The notes under the pieces were generated by a model that ran no database searches, was not told the DNA's origin, and saw only the letters and a program-made list of their open reading frames with translations. A program made the position numbers and the translations under genes. Positions 13,966 to 27,727 of a stretch of 64,000 nt of DNA are shown here, piece after piece (the first letter of the stretch is position 1; every line of letters starts with the position of its first letter). The stretch is taken from NCBI RefSeq assembly GCF_009914755.1, contig NC_060930.1; one strand, given 5' to 3'. The DNA is from the human T2T-CHM13v2.0 reference genome, Homo sapiens.

Positions 13966-14940
13966 TGGTGCAAGCGGTGGGCTGAACTGGTGTAAATGGG
14001 AGGGTACTGAGCAGTGTTACATTTGGGTGGGCACTGGTGGCAATGACAGCAGGCTACGCAGATCTCCCTAAAATTTACATGGTTTGCAGTGGCAGCAGCT
14101 ACAGGAGCAGGTCCTGACAGCACACATGGACATTAGCTGTCGCAGCAGTGAGTCAGGGTAGCCCTCTTCTCGGGGCTTTGAATAGCTCGTGCATGTACCA
14201 GTGACAAGTGGTGCTAACTAATACTCAGGCGTCTGAACAGTGTCCACGATGAGTCAATCCTCAAACCCCATGAAGTCTGCAGAGGTGTGCAGCAGCCCTT
14301 CTACTGGAGGTACTGAGGTTGCTGTCTGTGACAGTAGCCCTAGGCAGTTGTATCCTAGGCTCTGAAGATTACGCACATTGTCTCCTGTTGTCCTGGGGGC
14401 AGCTGCCATGTACACTGGACTGCCCATCTTCCAGGTTGTAGAACACTGCATGGACCAATATGCTGATGCTAAGAACGCAGCTGCATCACTAGGTACAGCT
14501 GGCTTTGTGACACTGCAGTTCTGTGAGTGGACATGGGGATTTCAGCAGGCTCCAGGGATGTGGAGAGACAGAAGCTATTGGGTTCCAGGGCAGGATGTAG
14601 TCTTGTGATGGCTGGGCTCTCAAAATGGCGCCATGCTGCAGAAGCTTGGGTCTTAGGGTTTATGCGAGACCTAGAATGAATTCTTTCTCAAGAATGAGGA
14701 AGTCACATGGGCTCCAGGTGTCTCCCTATATTAGGCTCAGGGTCTGTGAGGTCTGTGACCGTGACTGCAAGCATCCATGGTAGGAATGTGGGCCCTGGGA
14801 TCTTTTGTTTACCTTTTCCCTGCACTGCAAAGTTTCTCCTAGCCTCAAGTCAATCCCAGCCAGTCTTGTTGCTTTGCTTTCTCTCCATACCTCAGAGGAT
14901 CCCTTCACTTCCCTGCTGAAATCCAGTGTTCTTTCTTAGG
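13966..14940 (-). mobile_element. GC-richer L1M 5' UTR-like segment joined directly to ORF2
   Basis: Abrupt compositional shift; motifs ctctcaaaatggcgccatgctgcag and cacttccctgctgaaatccagtgttctttcttag resemble antisense L1M2-type 5' ends. Confidence 0.65.
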
Positions 14941-15759
14941 TTTAGCCACACAGACAGTATTAGCTATATTTGGTTGGATTTTGTCGGATTCTTTGAGTTT
15001 TAGTGTAAAGTACTTTAAAATACCTTTACCGTGAGATGCAATGGCATTTATTAATGAAAATAAATAGTGAATTGCATTTTTAGTCTTATCCCTTGGTGTT
15101 AGTTGAAATTCATTTTCTTTGTTTTTTTTTTTTTGTTTTGTTTTTTTTTTTTGTCTTGACAGTTAATCACTTTTCTGGATTTGTGAACACTAACTTAATG
15201 GAAAACATAAAGCGAACAGCCTTTTGTAAAAGTGAGATTTAAATGTTCTTTATTTGGAGATTCTTTTTCTCCAAAAAACAAAAGATTAAAGATAAAGATT
15301 TGTAAATGTAGCTCTTGCAGTCTTTTAAGTTGATTGTATGACTGTAGGAATTGTATATATGAGCGAAGTCATGGGATTTTTAAACTTCCTTTGATATATG
15401 TACACTATACATCAAGTATTAGTACGGTAATTGATTATCACATGAAAAATTAAAACCATCATATAATTCATGAGATTACATCTTCAGAATTTTTCTTTTA
15501 GGAGTTATATTTAATTATAACACAAATTTATTTTTCTTTGTTACAATAACTTTATAAAGACTGTATAAAAATCAGTTATCTGATAAACATATAACAATCT
15601 CGTTGATACTAATTTTCTATCCAACATTTAAGATCCCTTTGTTTTCTCATCAATTTTTTGAGACATTCCTTTTGTATGATGAATCCCCCAAGTTATGAAA
15701 CAGTTTCATAGTGGGATATATGGACCCCCAATGTACGTCTGTTATTGTTATTGAAAAAT

Positions 15760-15890
15760 GCTGGCAAGACTTGCAGTCTCACAAGTTTCTACATTTGCAA
15801 AAAATATAATAAAATCTACCTTGTAAGTTTATCTTAAGAACTGAAGAAAGTAAACATATGGAAACATTTTGTGAATTTTAAACATTTTTC
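15760..15890 (+). mobile_element. MIR fragment
   Basis: gtttctacatttgcaaaaaatataataaaatctaccttgtaagtttatcttaagaactgaag resembles MIR core and 3' part. Confidence 0.45.
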
Positions 15891-18439
15891 AAGCAGGTAT
15901 TGTAAAATGTATATTATGATAAATAATGGACATATTAAGCCTGTTCTTGATACATTGCTATTGAGCACATATTCCAAACAGAGTATTCATTAAATTTTTC
16001 ATGTAGCGATCATGTTCAAAGGCCATTTAATTCAGTTAACAATTTAGGTCTAGTTTGCTTTAATTCACAACAAAATGTTATTTGTTGAAATTAGAAAACC
16101 AATTAATCAATTAATTCCCTTAACCACACTAGTCTTTACATTGAGCAAACCTAGTAAGAAAACATGAACCCTATTTGACAGTAACAATGGGGACAGTTAC
16201 AAAATATTAATCCAGCAAACACAAACCATGCAAGAAAAGTAAATCCAGATCTCTACATCACCATCCAGGACAACAACAACAACAAAAAAGTTAAGGTGGT
16301 TTTGTTGTTGTTGTTTGGTGTTTGTATTTCATTTTGGAGCAATGTCAGTAAAACACCTTAGTGTAAATATGCTACTTCATTATTTCTTGATTTCTGGAAG
16401 GAATCTCTCATAAGTAATGGTTATCCATACTGTTTTTAGGAAAATTTGACATGACCATTCTTTTCCTTTTTTAATAATAATAATGACAATAATAATAAAA
16501 TCATATACAATATTTATAACTCAAATATTAGCATTTTATAATTTATGCAAAGTTACTAATAATTGCCAAGCAATTAATTCAGTCCAAGCACACGTTAATT
16601 AGGCTGAACACCTGAAAAATATAATTTTGAAAGTAAAAATAATTTAGACTTTGTTTTCTAGAGTGTTGTCATGTGTATATTCAGCATTCTCCAAAACAAG
16701 AGTCAGAAGAAATTGAACTTTTAAATGGAAAATGAAGGATATCTCTTCAGTGGTTTTTGTCATGTTAATTGGGCTGCTGGACTCATTGTATATTCACAAG
16801 AAACTTGTGAGATCTGAGAGCGGGTAAGCTAATTCATGTTTCTATTCACAGGGAAGCACTGAGGTTAGAATAAGTCAGAAAGTTGTGATTTAAAAAAATA
16901 AATTTGATAAATGAACCGATGTTATAATAACTGGTCAAAGTCTTTGAATTTGGCTCAACTGAAAATTGCTAAGCAATTTCTATGCACAGATTATTTTGCC
17001 AAATATTATAAGATATTATAAAGTCATAATTGACATTTTTAAGAACTATAATCAGTATAAATGTCCCCAGCTTGAGGCTGGAGTGAGTTTAGAATAAAAA
17101 CAAAAGCTTTCTGGACTATGCATTTTATTTTGCATTTTTGAGGCTGAGATATTTCCAGTGTCACAGATAAAACTTCCAAAGTTCTTTGCTATTTTCTTTA
17201 TGTTTTGGTGTCTTAGCTTCACTTTTTAATATTTCATTTGATTCAAGCTTTTTAAAATACTTCAAATAATTTATTTGGTTTTTCACTGCCATGCTTATAA
17301 TTTATATATATCTCACAAAGTCAATATTTAAATAGTATATTTTAGGTGCTAGTAAATATTTTAAAGAAAATCTAAAGAGAATATTAGACATCCTTAAATC
17401 TTAACATTCATTCTTTTTTAAGAGTGCATTTTGTGACCATGTAACAAAGGTATGATCAATGAACAGCTCATTAAACAAGAGTGATATCTGGTGATTAAAC
17501 TATCAAATTTGGTAGGCTTCTGAATATAGACTTATGTTGTAGATTCTATTCCATTATTGAATATCAAGGTTTTATATAATTTCACCATTGTTTCATAACA
17601 TAAATTATTATTCCATTGACACACTTTAGACATGACAAATTGTATCATTATTTACATATACCAATTTACAAAACTAAATGCCTGATTGACTACATGTTTA
17701 TAACTTGTAATATGTTCTGTATCCTTAGGGATGATATTGATTGTGGGGAATGAAGCCAGATATAAGCCAGCAGTGAAACTCCACTACACCATTGAAATAA
17801 CATGCAAGTGCTGAATTGACTCAATTGTTTCTTAGCATCATCAACATTTAGAAAACTCAGACAGACTAGTTTCTTCTGGTGGGGTGAAGTGAAACTGCAA
17901 TGCTTACAGATTTTTGGGGAACTGCACCATGCCTCTTTTTAAGAATAGATTTTCCCCTCAAGGTATATTTATACTGATAATTGTTTAAGGCCCAATTTTT
18001 AGATTTAAAAACTATAGAGTTATTTAACATGTGCTAAATAAACATTGAAAATATTAAAGCATTATCAGTCTGGATACAGCTTTACATATATGAAACTTTA
18101 CATTTTCTAAATTATTTTTTGCTATAGATACTATTTTTACATGTATTAATGCGTAATAAAAATAAAACACAGACAGATAAATTAATAAGTTGGCTGGAAA
18201 GTGGAAGAGCCAGTATTTGGACAGAGCTAGTTTGGTTCAGGAGGCTTCTCTCTCAAGCCCCAGCCTTTCATACTGCTCCAATGGCCTGAAGTAATAATGA
18301 AAAACTGAAGGAGCAAGTTACATATTATTGGTAAACTATTGGAGACTTCACCAGTGTACTTGCTGAAGTGTCATTTGACTATTCAGGAAATGAAAGGAAG
18401 AGTACAGTACAAATTTATAACCCAAACAACCTGGCATTC

Positions 18440-18620
18440 TGCTTCAGACCCACAAAACTGGCCAGTTAGGTTAATTTTGGTAAAGTTCTATTAAAGGTCA
18501 TTTTTTTAATTTATTCAATGAGGATAATAACAGAATCTACTAAAGTGATTGTTGCAGAATTTGATATTAAGCATATCCAAAAGGCTTAGCATAATGCTAC
18601 ATATTAGCCATTCTCATAGG
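18440..18620 (+). mobile_element. MIR fragment
   Basis: aatgaggataataacagaatctactaaagtgattgttgcagaatt...aaggcttagcataatgct. Confidence 0.55.
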
Positions 18621-19057
18621 AAAAGATAGAGAGACAGGTTTTAAAGTTCTAATCCAATTTCTATCTCTTTAACATATATCTATCTTTCCATGAAGTATAG
18701 CAAGCAGTGTAAGTCAATGATAAATGAAGGCTTTGTTATTTTAGGTGAGTCTTGTCAGAAGAGAATGTTATATACTGGTAGTTTGAGAAAGGACTGCAAA
18801 TTATAGAATTAAACAAATTGAGAATAAATAATTATTTCTTCCTCATTTTAAATCATCTTTCTCCTCCTTCTTTTCTTTTTTCAATATTCCTGAATCATTT
18901 CAAAAAAAAGACAAAAGTAAAATAAGTTCTGTCTTCATGATTCATCAAGCTAGTATCAACTGGCTCAGGAACAACCAACCAAATTGTATTACTGTATATG
19001 AGTGGCTGCAGAATGGGAATCCATACATAATTTAGCCTTTTCAGAATCAATCCTCTT

Positions 19058-19215
19058 AAAAGGAAGAAAGGGAAAAACAAGAAAAAAGAGAAGCAGAAAG
19101 AGAGGGAAAGAAAGAGGGAGGAAGACAGGGAAAAAGAGAGTAAAGTAAGGAGGAAGAGAGGCAGGAAGGGAGGAAGGAAGGGAGACAGGAAACGAAAGAG
19201 TAAAAGAAAAAAATA
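19058..19215. repeat. Purine-rich (GA-rich) low-complexity tract
   Basis: About 155 bp almost entirely A/G on the + strand. Confidence 0.85.
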
Positions 19216-19423
19216 ACATATGGTGGCAGGAAAAATAAAGTCAGAATAGGTAATATTAATATATAAATATAATACCACATTTTTCTTATGAAAATGCAAC
19301 TTCATTATGAAAAAGTCAAGAAATATGGAAATCTTCTGAATGAGACTTATAATAAGCAACGTTTTAAATTATTTTAATTATCTAGGTATCAGGGAAGAAG
19401 TAGATTTACACTAATTTTTAATG

Positions 19424-20130
19424 ATCATTACCTTTGCCAGGGTTGCTATAGCAAATTACTATGCAATGGGTGGCTTCAAAAGTAGACATTTATTTCTCAC
19501 AGTTCTGGAGGCTGGGACATCCATGAAAAAATAGATGGGCTAGGCGTGGTGGGTGACGCCTGTAATCTCTGCACTTTGGGAGGCCTGGGTGGGTTGATGA
19601 CTTGAGGCCAGGAGTTCGAGACCTGTCTGGGCAGCCTGGCAAAACTCCCTCTCTACTAAAAATACAAAAATTAGCTGGGCATGGTGGTGCATGCCTGTAA
19701 TCACAGCTACTCAAGAGGCTGAGGCATGAGAATCACTTGAACTAGGGTGAAGGTTGCAGTGAGCTGAGATCGCACCACTGCACTCCAGCCTGGGTGACAG
19801 AGTGAGACTCTACCTTAAAAAACAAACAAACAATAAACAAAAAAAGTGCGAGATGATTCAATTTCTGGCAAGGGCCATCTTTCTGCCTTGAAGATAGTAA
19901 TTTTCTTGCTGTGTCCTTACATGTTGGAAGGAAGGGAAAGAGAGAGAGAATGAGGGAGGAGGGGCCAAACTCTCTGGTCTCTTTAGATAAGGGATCTAAT
20001 CCCAGAATGAGTCTCACCTTCACGACTTCATGTAAACCTAATCACCTCCCAAAGACCACATTTCCAAATACCATTGATTGGGAGTCAGGGCATATGAATT
20101 TTGGAGGAGCACAATATTCAGTCCATAACA
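19424..20130 (-). mobile_element. MLT1B-like MaLR solo LTR interrupted by an Alu
   Basis: atttatttctcacagttctggaggctggga before the Alu; aaacctaatcacctcccaaagacc...catatgaattttggaggagcacaatattcagtccataaca after it. Confidence 0.85.
19538..19845 (+). mobile_element. Full-length Alu (J/early S)
   Basis: ggctaggcgtggt...ctactaaaaatacaaaaattagctggg...gtgacagagtgagactc plus A-rich tail. Confidence 0.95.
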
Positions 20131-21109
20131 ATCATGTATTATTGATTTTTACACCACGTGGATTACATTGGTGTTTCTCTCAATTGCAGAAGGGAAATAC
20201 ATTTGAGTGAATTAATCAGTGTAATTCATTTGTATGGCACATTTAATAAGTAATAAAGCTGTTCCACAGTTTTTTTTAAAAAAACCTTCCATGTTTTATT
20301 TATTTTTCTGCCTATCTGAATATCAAATTTCTCTTAAAATTTAGTACATTACGACTAGTAATTTTGAAGGTAAAGATGTGTAATTTTTCAGCTGAGATAC
20401 ACATCAGGCCTTTTTAGGAATTATGAACACACCTGTAAATATTTCAGCTAATATGCACAAGACCTTTTAAAAGATACAATTATAAATAGCAATTCAGACT
20501 GTCCTTGAAATGTTTGAAGGCCCACAGAGAATTTTGAGAAACTGCTATATCTGATTACTTCTGAATAGAGAATATGATTGACCTATCCAAATTGTAAATA
20601 TTTGCCAACTCTGAATTTAATAATCTGTTAATCTAAATGCTTTTAACAGCTAAGTATCATCAATGTCAAAGAAATGGCTTTTCTTTCCATAATCATTGTA
20701 TTACCCAAATTAGCAAATTTATTTTATTAGAAGCAGTCCTCACAAATAAACATCAAGTTATTACATGAGCTACCATGCTGCCAAACAAGTGGCAAATAGC
20801 CAACTGATATGACATGAGAATTCTGGTGACTGCCTAGGTTCAGGATAGCTTATTGAAAGACAAATTCATACAAAATAAAATATTTTGAAATATCTTGTTA
20901 AATCCATAATTATTATTTTTAGAAAAGAAGCATCTTAGGCTTGACAGTGACCTCAGATGCCCTCGAACACACTGCATTATCTGAGGACAATTTCCCCCAT
21001 TATAACAGTCTCAACATGTGACTTTTAATTTCTGCTACAATGCATGCAGAAGCCAGTATGGTGTTATGTTATATTTTCATGTTGCTTTCCTTGAACTGAA
21101 ATTACTACA

Positions 21110-21340
21110 GACTTATTATTTATATAGGCATTTCTTATAAAACACTGCTACTGTGATTTCATTTTATTTTCATCACCACCTGTAAAATAGACAAGGTTGA
21201 TATTATTATCCCAAGTTAATAGATAAAATCATGGTTGATAGAAATTGTGGCTTTTTCAAGATGTTACATCCAATAATTGAGAGCTGAGGCATAACTCCAG
21301 GCTTTCTGATTTCCAATCAGAATTCATTTTTTTCCATCCT
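21110..21340 (-). mobile_element. MIR
   Basis: tttcatcaccacctgtaaaatagacaagg...tattattatcccaagttaatagataaaatc...gagctgaggcataactccaggctttctgatttcca. Confidence 0.7.
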
Positions 21341-22027
21341 GTATTGACAAAATTCTCTAATAAGCTTTTCTGCCTTTTATTTTCTTTTTTAGTAAAAGAA
21401 GACTGTAATACAACTCTCTTCCAAATAAATATTCTTTGTTGTTTGACAACACACCTCACGTTAGCTCTACAATTCTTGCTTCCAAGGCTAACTCTGCATT
21501 AATTCTTTAATTATATAAATATCCTGAAGTTGCCTGATTGCTTATCATCTTGATATTTCTCTCAGAAAGGTGACCAAGATGTCAGAGCTTCTCTAGTGGT
21601 GTGGTCAAAAAATGCACGCTATCTGACATGGTATATGGCATGGTTTTAAGTGGTTGCTTTCTGATGTTAAATACTATTTCAATGAATACTTTCACTATTT
21701 AAAAGTCAGATAATTTTACTGGTTTTTATTAAGCAAAGATTGAAAAGGCCTCTTGACAAGCACTACAGTGAAGCCAGTTCTTACCAACTCTTATTTGCAG
21801 ATTTTCTTGTAACCTAAATGCATTCGTTTATATTTATCCTTGTTAAACATGATCTTCCAGAATGCTATATATCAGTCTATTCTGTCAAGAACTTTCTTAA
21901 TCTTAATATTCTCATCCATCATATTATGTATTTCTCTGTTTTCTGTCACCTATAAAATTAATAAATGTAACTTCCTTATCTTGGTCTAAATTGTTTGAAA
22001 TATAATTCCACAGGACAAGTCTGTAAA

Positions 22028-22128
22028 GTTTAGACAAGCATCTTTATGCTTTGGCTTTCTCATTTCTAAAATGATAGAGTTGAGCTAGATGATCTCAGTG
22101 GTCTTTTCTAGGTCTAAAATTCTATGAC
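22028..22128 (+). mobile_element. MIR3/MIRc-like 3' fragment
   Basis: tttctcatttctaaaatgatagagttgagctagatgatctcagtggtcttttctaggtctaaaattctatga. Confidence 0.75.
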
Positions 22129-22715
22129 CAGGCATGTTGTACTAAATAAATATTCTTTAGACTACATATTTACAAGCATACATACATATGATATACACAC
22201 AATCACACACATGATGCTTAAAACAGTCTTTAGTCCTTTAATCATTTACTATTAATATATATTTATAAAATTTACGTGTATACTAGACATTTGTTTTTAT
22301 TATTTCATTCAAATGTCCTTTTTGAGTGGGAAAGGAAGGGGCACAGTTAAATCTAGTGAAAATTTATGCCAAGACTGTAAAACTTGTAGATATAAATTCC
22401 AGTCTACTTACGTAACATGTGGTAGGAAAATATGGGATAGCTGCATTTAACCATGAGCTCTTTGACTAAGGTAAAGACATACAGTTGATTGGCATGACTA
22501 TTTTCTGTAGTATCCCTGAAGTATGTAATGATTAACGATACTTCTGTTTTATTTTCTATTTGAATAACAAATAAATGAAAACATAGATTAATTGAAGATA
22601 TATTCTTTAATTTTTAAAGTAGCTCAGTTACATACAACAAAAATTGTCATTTTTAGGTGTACCATAATTGAGCACCACACATAGTTTTGTTTGGTAATAA
22701 CTGTTTCATGAAATA

Positions 22716-23206
22716 CAACAATACCACCTTATCTGTGGGGGCTGGGTTCAAAACTCCCACTCCAGTGGATAGTTGCAACCACAGAAATTACCAGACCCTA
22801 GGTATAATATGCTTTTTCTTATACATACATAGTTACCATAAAGTTTAATTTACAAATTAGTCATAGTACACTTGCACTTCTGGGTCATCATTAGTAAAAT
22901 AAAGACTACTTTAACACAATTCGTACAATACTGTGACAGTCAACCTGATAACCAAGATGGCTACTAAATGACTAAAGGATGAGTAGAATACAGAGCATGG
23001 ATAGATTGAACAAAGAGATGGTTCATATCCCTGGTGAGATAGAGCAGAGCAGTGCAAGATTTCATCTTGCTACTAAAAGCGTGCACAGTTTAAAACTTAT
23101 GAATTGTTTATTTCTAAAATTTTTTATTTAATATTTTCAGGCCATGACTGACCTTGGGTAACTGAAACCACACAAAGCAGAACTGGGAATAATGAGGACT
23201 TATCGA
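22716..23206 (+). mobile_element. MER44B-like Tigger (TcMar) non-autonomous DNA transposon
   Basis: TA-preceded caacaataccaccttatctgtgggg start; ctgataaccaagatggctactaaatgactaa and tttaaaacttatgaattgtttatttct...gggtaactgaaaccac motifs. Confidence 0.85.
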
Positions 23207-23949
23207 AATACATGTATTTGTTATATGTATTCCTGTGTTTAAGTTATAGAGCTATATAATTTTTTCCTGAAATTTTGTAATTATAAGGCCAAAATAAGCT
23301 TCAATCTCCAAATTTCATTAATCTGAAAATTTGGTTGTAGATTTAATATGTTTGCTGAAGAAATTAAAGATCCTGCAATATTGCATCGCTACTAACATAT
23401 TATCCTGAAGAATAAATTATTTGTCTTATTTCCATAAAGAAAAGTAAATGTTACTAGTGAATATCTTCTACTTCCTCCAAATTCTGGACCGGATACACTA
23501 AAATGTTATGTCATTGAAAGTGGATACATTGCATCAAATGTGATTTTAAATGCATTGCTGAGCTCCCATAAAGGAATGAAAACTCTCCCTAGGTGGAGCA
23601 AGCTAATATTAGAGTAATAAGAAAATATTAAGTCCTAATATCCTCACAACAAAGTCCCATAATGGGATCTTAGATATTTGAAGATTAGCAGCTTATTGCG
23701 GGGGACTAAAAGACTATAGCTGGGCCATTGTAAATTTTGAGGCTTCATTCTCAGACTCCTGCTTAAAACCTGCATCCTGAAAATGGTGACATGAAACAAT
23801 GACTGTTTAAATATGTCAGCTGACAAAAGGCACCAATAAAGATATGTCTGATGCTGGTTGGCTTTAGAGGAAAATATTAACTATTACAAGAGTTTGAATA
23901 ATTGTATTATTATATTTATATAATATGGAAGAAAGACTACTAAACTTTA

Positions 23950-26420
23950 ACACACATCTAGTAAAGTACCAGATAAAAGAGGGAATATAAAGAGTCTACC
24001 TCAAAAGCCACTATTCAAGGGGCAAATGGAAGATAATTTTCTAGAATTGATAAAAAATATGAATAATAAACACAATAAAAATATCCTATTTTTTAAAAAA
24101 ATCTCCACAACATTAAGTTTTAAAAAGCCAAAGCAGAAGACACTCATAAAACTAAATGTATGGATGTATAGTAAACCAGAAATTGAATTTATAATGTTTT
24201 GAGAACAAAGGAGTAAACAATTTGATTTTCTTAACAAATACAGAAAAAAAGACCTTAGATAAAGTGCAAGTATGATTCATTTTGAAACCTGGGTATTGAT
24301 TGCAACTTTCTGTAGCTAATTAAATGTATCTACAAAAGGAATCCATAGTTTTCTTAATAATTAAGGTAAATGTTAGAATTTTTTAAAATCAGGAATTAGA
24401 CAAGGTGAATGTCACAGTATCATTTTAATATATGCCAACACAGTAAGAAAAAAAAAAGAAAAGGTTTAAAGATTGGGAAATCTAATTTTTAAAAAGACAG
24501 GAAAAGAAAGAAACTCATCATTCAGAAATAATATATTTGTCTCCATGGAAATCCCAAAAGGATCTATGGTAAAAATATTACCTAAAAGAGGAGAGTTTAA
24601 CAAAGTTACAAGATCCACATCAAAAAGTCATTTCCAGTCCTAAACATCAGCGACAAACAAAAAAGCATACTTTTGTGAAATAATAAAATTTTAAATTAAA
24701 ACAAAATTTTTAAAGTATCTTTACTTAAGTCTGTCAATAAAGTAAAAGACACATAAGTAGAGAAGGTTATTGAGGATGCATTTTTAAAGACAAACAGTTA
24801 AACCATGATTATTAACTAAAAGGCTAAATATAAAACTACAAGATTTTCCCAAATAACTATAAAGTCATGACAATCAACTGGATGTCTTGGACTTGACAAG
24901 TAGAAAATTAAATTAACACACAGATGCAAAGAATCACAGATAGATAAGACACTACTGCAAAATAATGACACAGAGAGAGATTTGCCTTGTGAATGACATA
25001 GGCCTATATCAAAGCAGTAACTAAATCAAGCATAAAATTGGTATAGGAAAAGGAAAACAGACTAAGATATCATAGTAAAGAGGACAGAGAAAAATAAACA
25101 TACAGTTGATCTACATAATTTACAGTAGTTATGTTCTATGAAGTCTCCTCAAACAGAATTTAAAAATGTCAAACCATTACTTCTAGGGGAAATGGAGGGA
25201 CAGGCTCCTGAAAGTCTCTGGTCACAACATTTTTCTCACCTGATCACCACATAACCTTATTTTATGTGTATCTCTGTGTGTGTCTGTCTAAAAAATTATG
25301 TATATATTTATATATAATTAACTAACATTAAACTTACAGCCAGCACCACCATAAAGTATCCCTGAAACAAAGCTTCTTTAACAAGGAACATAACACACTT
25401 CTTAAATTTAAGAACACTAAACAGCTCTTCAGCACTATGTTTGGAGGCCATATTAAACAACAACAACAAAAATCACCATAAAAAAATCACAAAAACATGA
25501 AAAGCATGAAACTCACAAAAACACTCATTTACAGTGTGTGAGATGAAATAAGAAGCCCTAGGTAGAAAAATATGCATTCAGACCCAAATTTTTTGTTGCT
25601 GTGCATATGTCGACAAATGACCATAAAAGCACTAAGGGGTATTGATCTGGGGGTTACAAATAAATTTCAGTGGGTAGACAAATTTAAAAATACAGAATAT
25701 GCAAATAATGAGGATATATGGAAACTTCATATATGACTGAATTTTCACTGAAATCTGTGAGAAAAACATTACACTAAAAGAAGTTCTTTGCAATCCAAAA
25801 ACAAGAAAATATTAAATTCTAAATTATATTTAAAAATATAATCCCACAACTTAATTACTGGACAAATGCCCTAGGAAGTTTTTTTCCAAGTATATTCAGA
25901 TGTACTGGAGTTGCATATGAGAATGGTCATAGCAACATATTTTCTACTAAAAATATAAAATATATAGTTATTGCATGCCTCAATATAAAATGTCTGCAAA
26001 ACTGTATTATATTTATGAAGGAAGACTTGTCAAAGATGGAAATGAATAAAAAATAGTTCCATATGTCAATATAGTAAAATTAACAAACATGAACCCAAGA
26101 AAATAAGTTGCAGAAGAATATATGCATTGGGATACCATGTATGTTCTTTGAAAATATTGAAAAAATTATAATGCATTGCTCATACAAACATATATACATA
26201 ATATATAAAACCGAATTGGAAAGAAGGGGAAAATGAGTACAAAACAAAAACTAGTTAATATCCTTGGCATAGGGAAAGAGAATAGTTTGATCAGGGTGGT
26301 AGACCCAGTGGTTTCAACAGTATTACTTTTTTATTTCAAATATTGAAGTGTATAAACATATAAATTATGTTTCCTGATACTTTAGCAATTTATTATATTT
26401 TTGTGTATAAAAGGTATTAT
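23950..26420 (+). mobile_element. Highly decayed old L1 (L1ME/L1M5-like) fragments, interrupted by MER82
   Basis: A-rich; ORF2-like motifs aaatcaggaattagacaagg, gagagtttaacaaagttacaag; 3' UTR-like aagttgcagaagaatatatgcattgggataccat. Confidence 0.55.
25103..25720 (+). mobile_element. MER82 Tigger-type DNA transposon
   Basis: TA|cagttgat...gtagttatgttctatgaagtc start, ctctggtcacaacatttt, and ggggttacaaataaatttcag...gcaaataatgaggat end. Confidence 0.85.
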
Positions 26421-26603
26421 AGTAAAATAAGAATTCAATAAAAAGTGAGATAAACTGGTATCTAATAATCACATTTCTGAAAGTAATGATATATGACCTG
26501 AATATTTAGGAAGGAAAAAAATTGAAGACTAATAAAGAGCCAAAAAATTAATATTAATGAAGGCAATTTTTGAAACCAAGAGACAGAAACAAGTAGCATG
26601 TCA

Positions 26604-26825
<222 letters not shown>

Positions 26826-27676
26826 TCAAATATCTAAGATCTATTGTTTAATTTAACTTTATCAATAATATTTCTGAATTATTTAGATTTTTTAAAAAAT
26901 AACTTTTTAAAGGGATGACAAAATTTTTTTCAAGCAACTGAAACATTAAAATTTATTTAACAAATTTACCTTCAGAAATCTCTTCTGGGTTTTGTAACAA
27001 GATATGTTAGCAAATAAAAATGAAATAAATGAGTCAACTTAGCAGGGCTTTCCCTGCAATGAAGCCTCTCTAGCATTTTTACCTTTTAATTTCATTCTTC
27101 CATTTTAGTCACCCATGGCCTGTAAGAGAACTTTATTCTCTCTGTGTCTCTCTCTTTCTCTGTGCTGTTGTGTCTGTCTTTCTCTCTTTCATTCTCTCTT
27201 ACTCTTTATCAATGGCTCCTTTTCAAACACCACTTCATTCAAAAAAAATCTTTTCAAATGGCTGCCAGTTTAATAGAATTTCAGTGTGAATTTCGGCTTT
27301 AGCCGAAATTCCCTTCTGGCAAAGGTTTAATTGTAATCATTTGTGGACTTTATCTATTTATCTTACTATATATCATAAATTTTGAAACTAGGAACTGCTT
27401 ATTTCTCATTTTGCTATTGTCTGTAATTCAGAGATTATACAAATGGATTAAAAAAATTCATTATTGAGCTGAATCCTAGTCTAGATTCCCGAATTCCCAA
27501 TTTTAATAAAGATAGTATGCTTAATTTAAAAAAAGTTCTTCCAGTTGAGTGGTACATAAACTCCAAATTCTGATAATATTTTCTCCAATGACTATATCTT
27601 CTAATATTTTTCAATATAAATATATTTCTGTTGTTGTTAAAAATGTTTCTGTCATTACTTTTACTTATCTGTGAAT

Positions 27677-27680
27677 ATAC

Positions 27681-27724
<44 letters not shown>
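27677..27724. repeat. Compound (CA)n(TA)n microsatellite
   Basis: acacacacacacacacatacatatatatatatat read directly. Confidence 0.95.

Positions 27725-27727
<3 letters not shown>

Noticed and set aside
18895-19359. Longest ORF (154 aa, F/L/S-rich, membrane-protein-like)
   Set aside because: Translation of the CT-rich strand of a low-complexity tract; no stop codons arise by composition.
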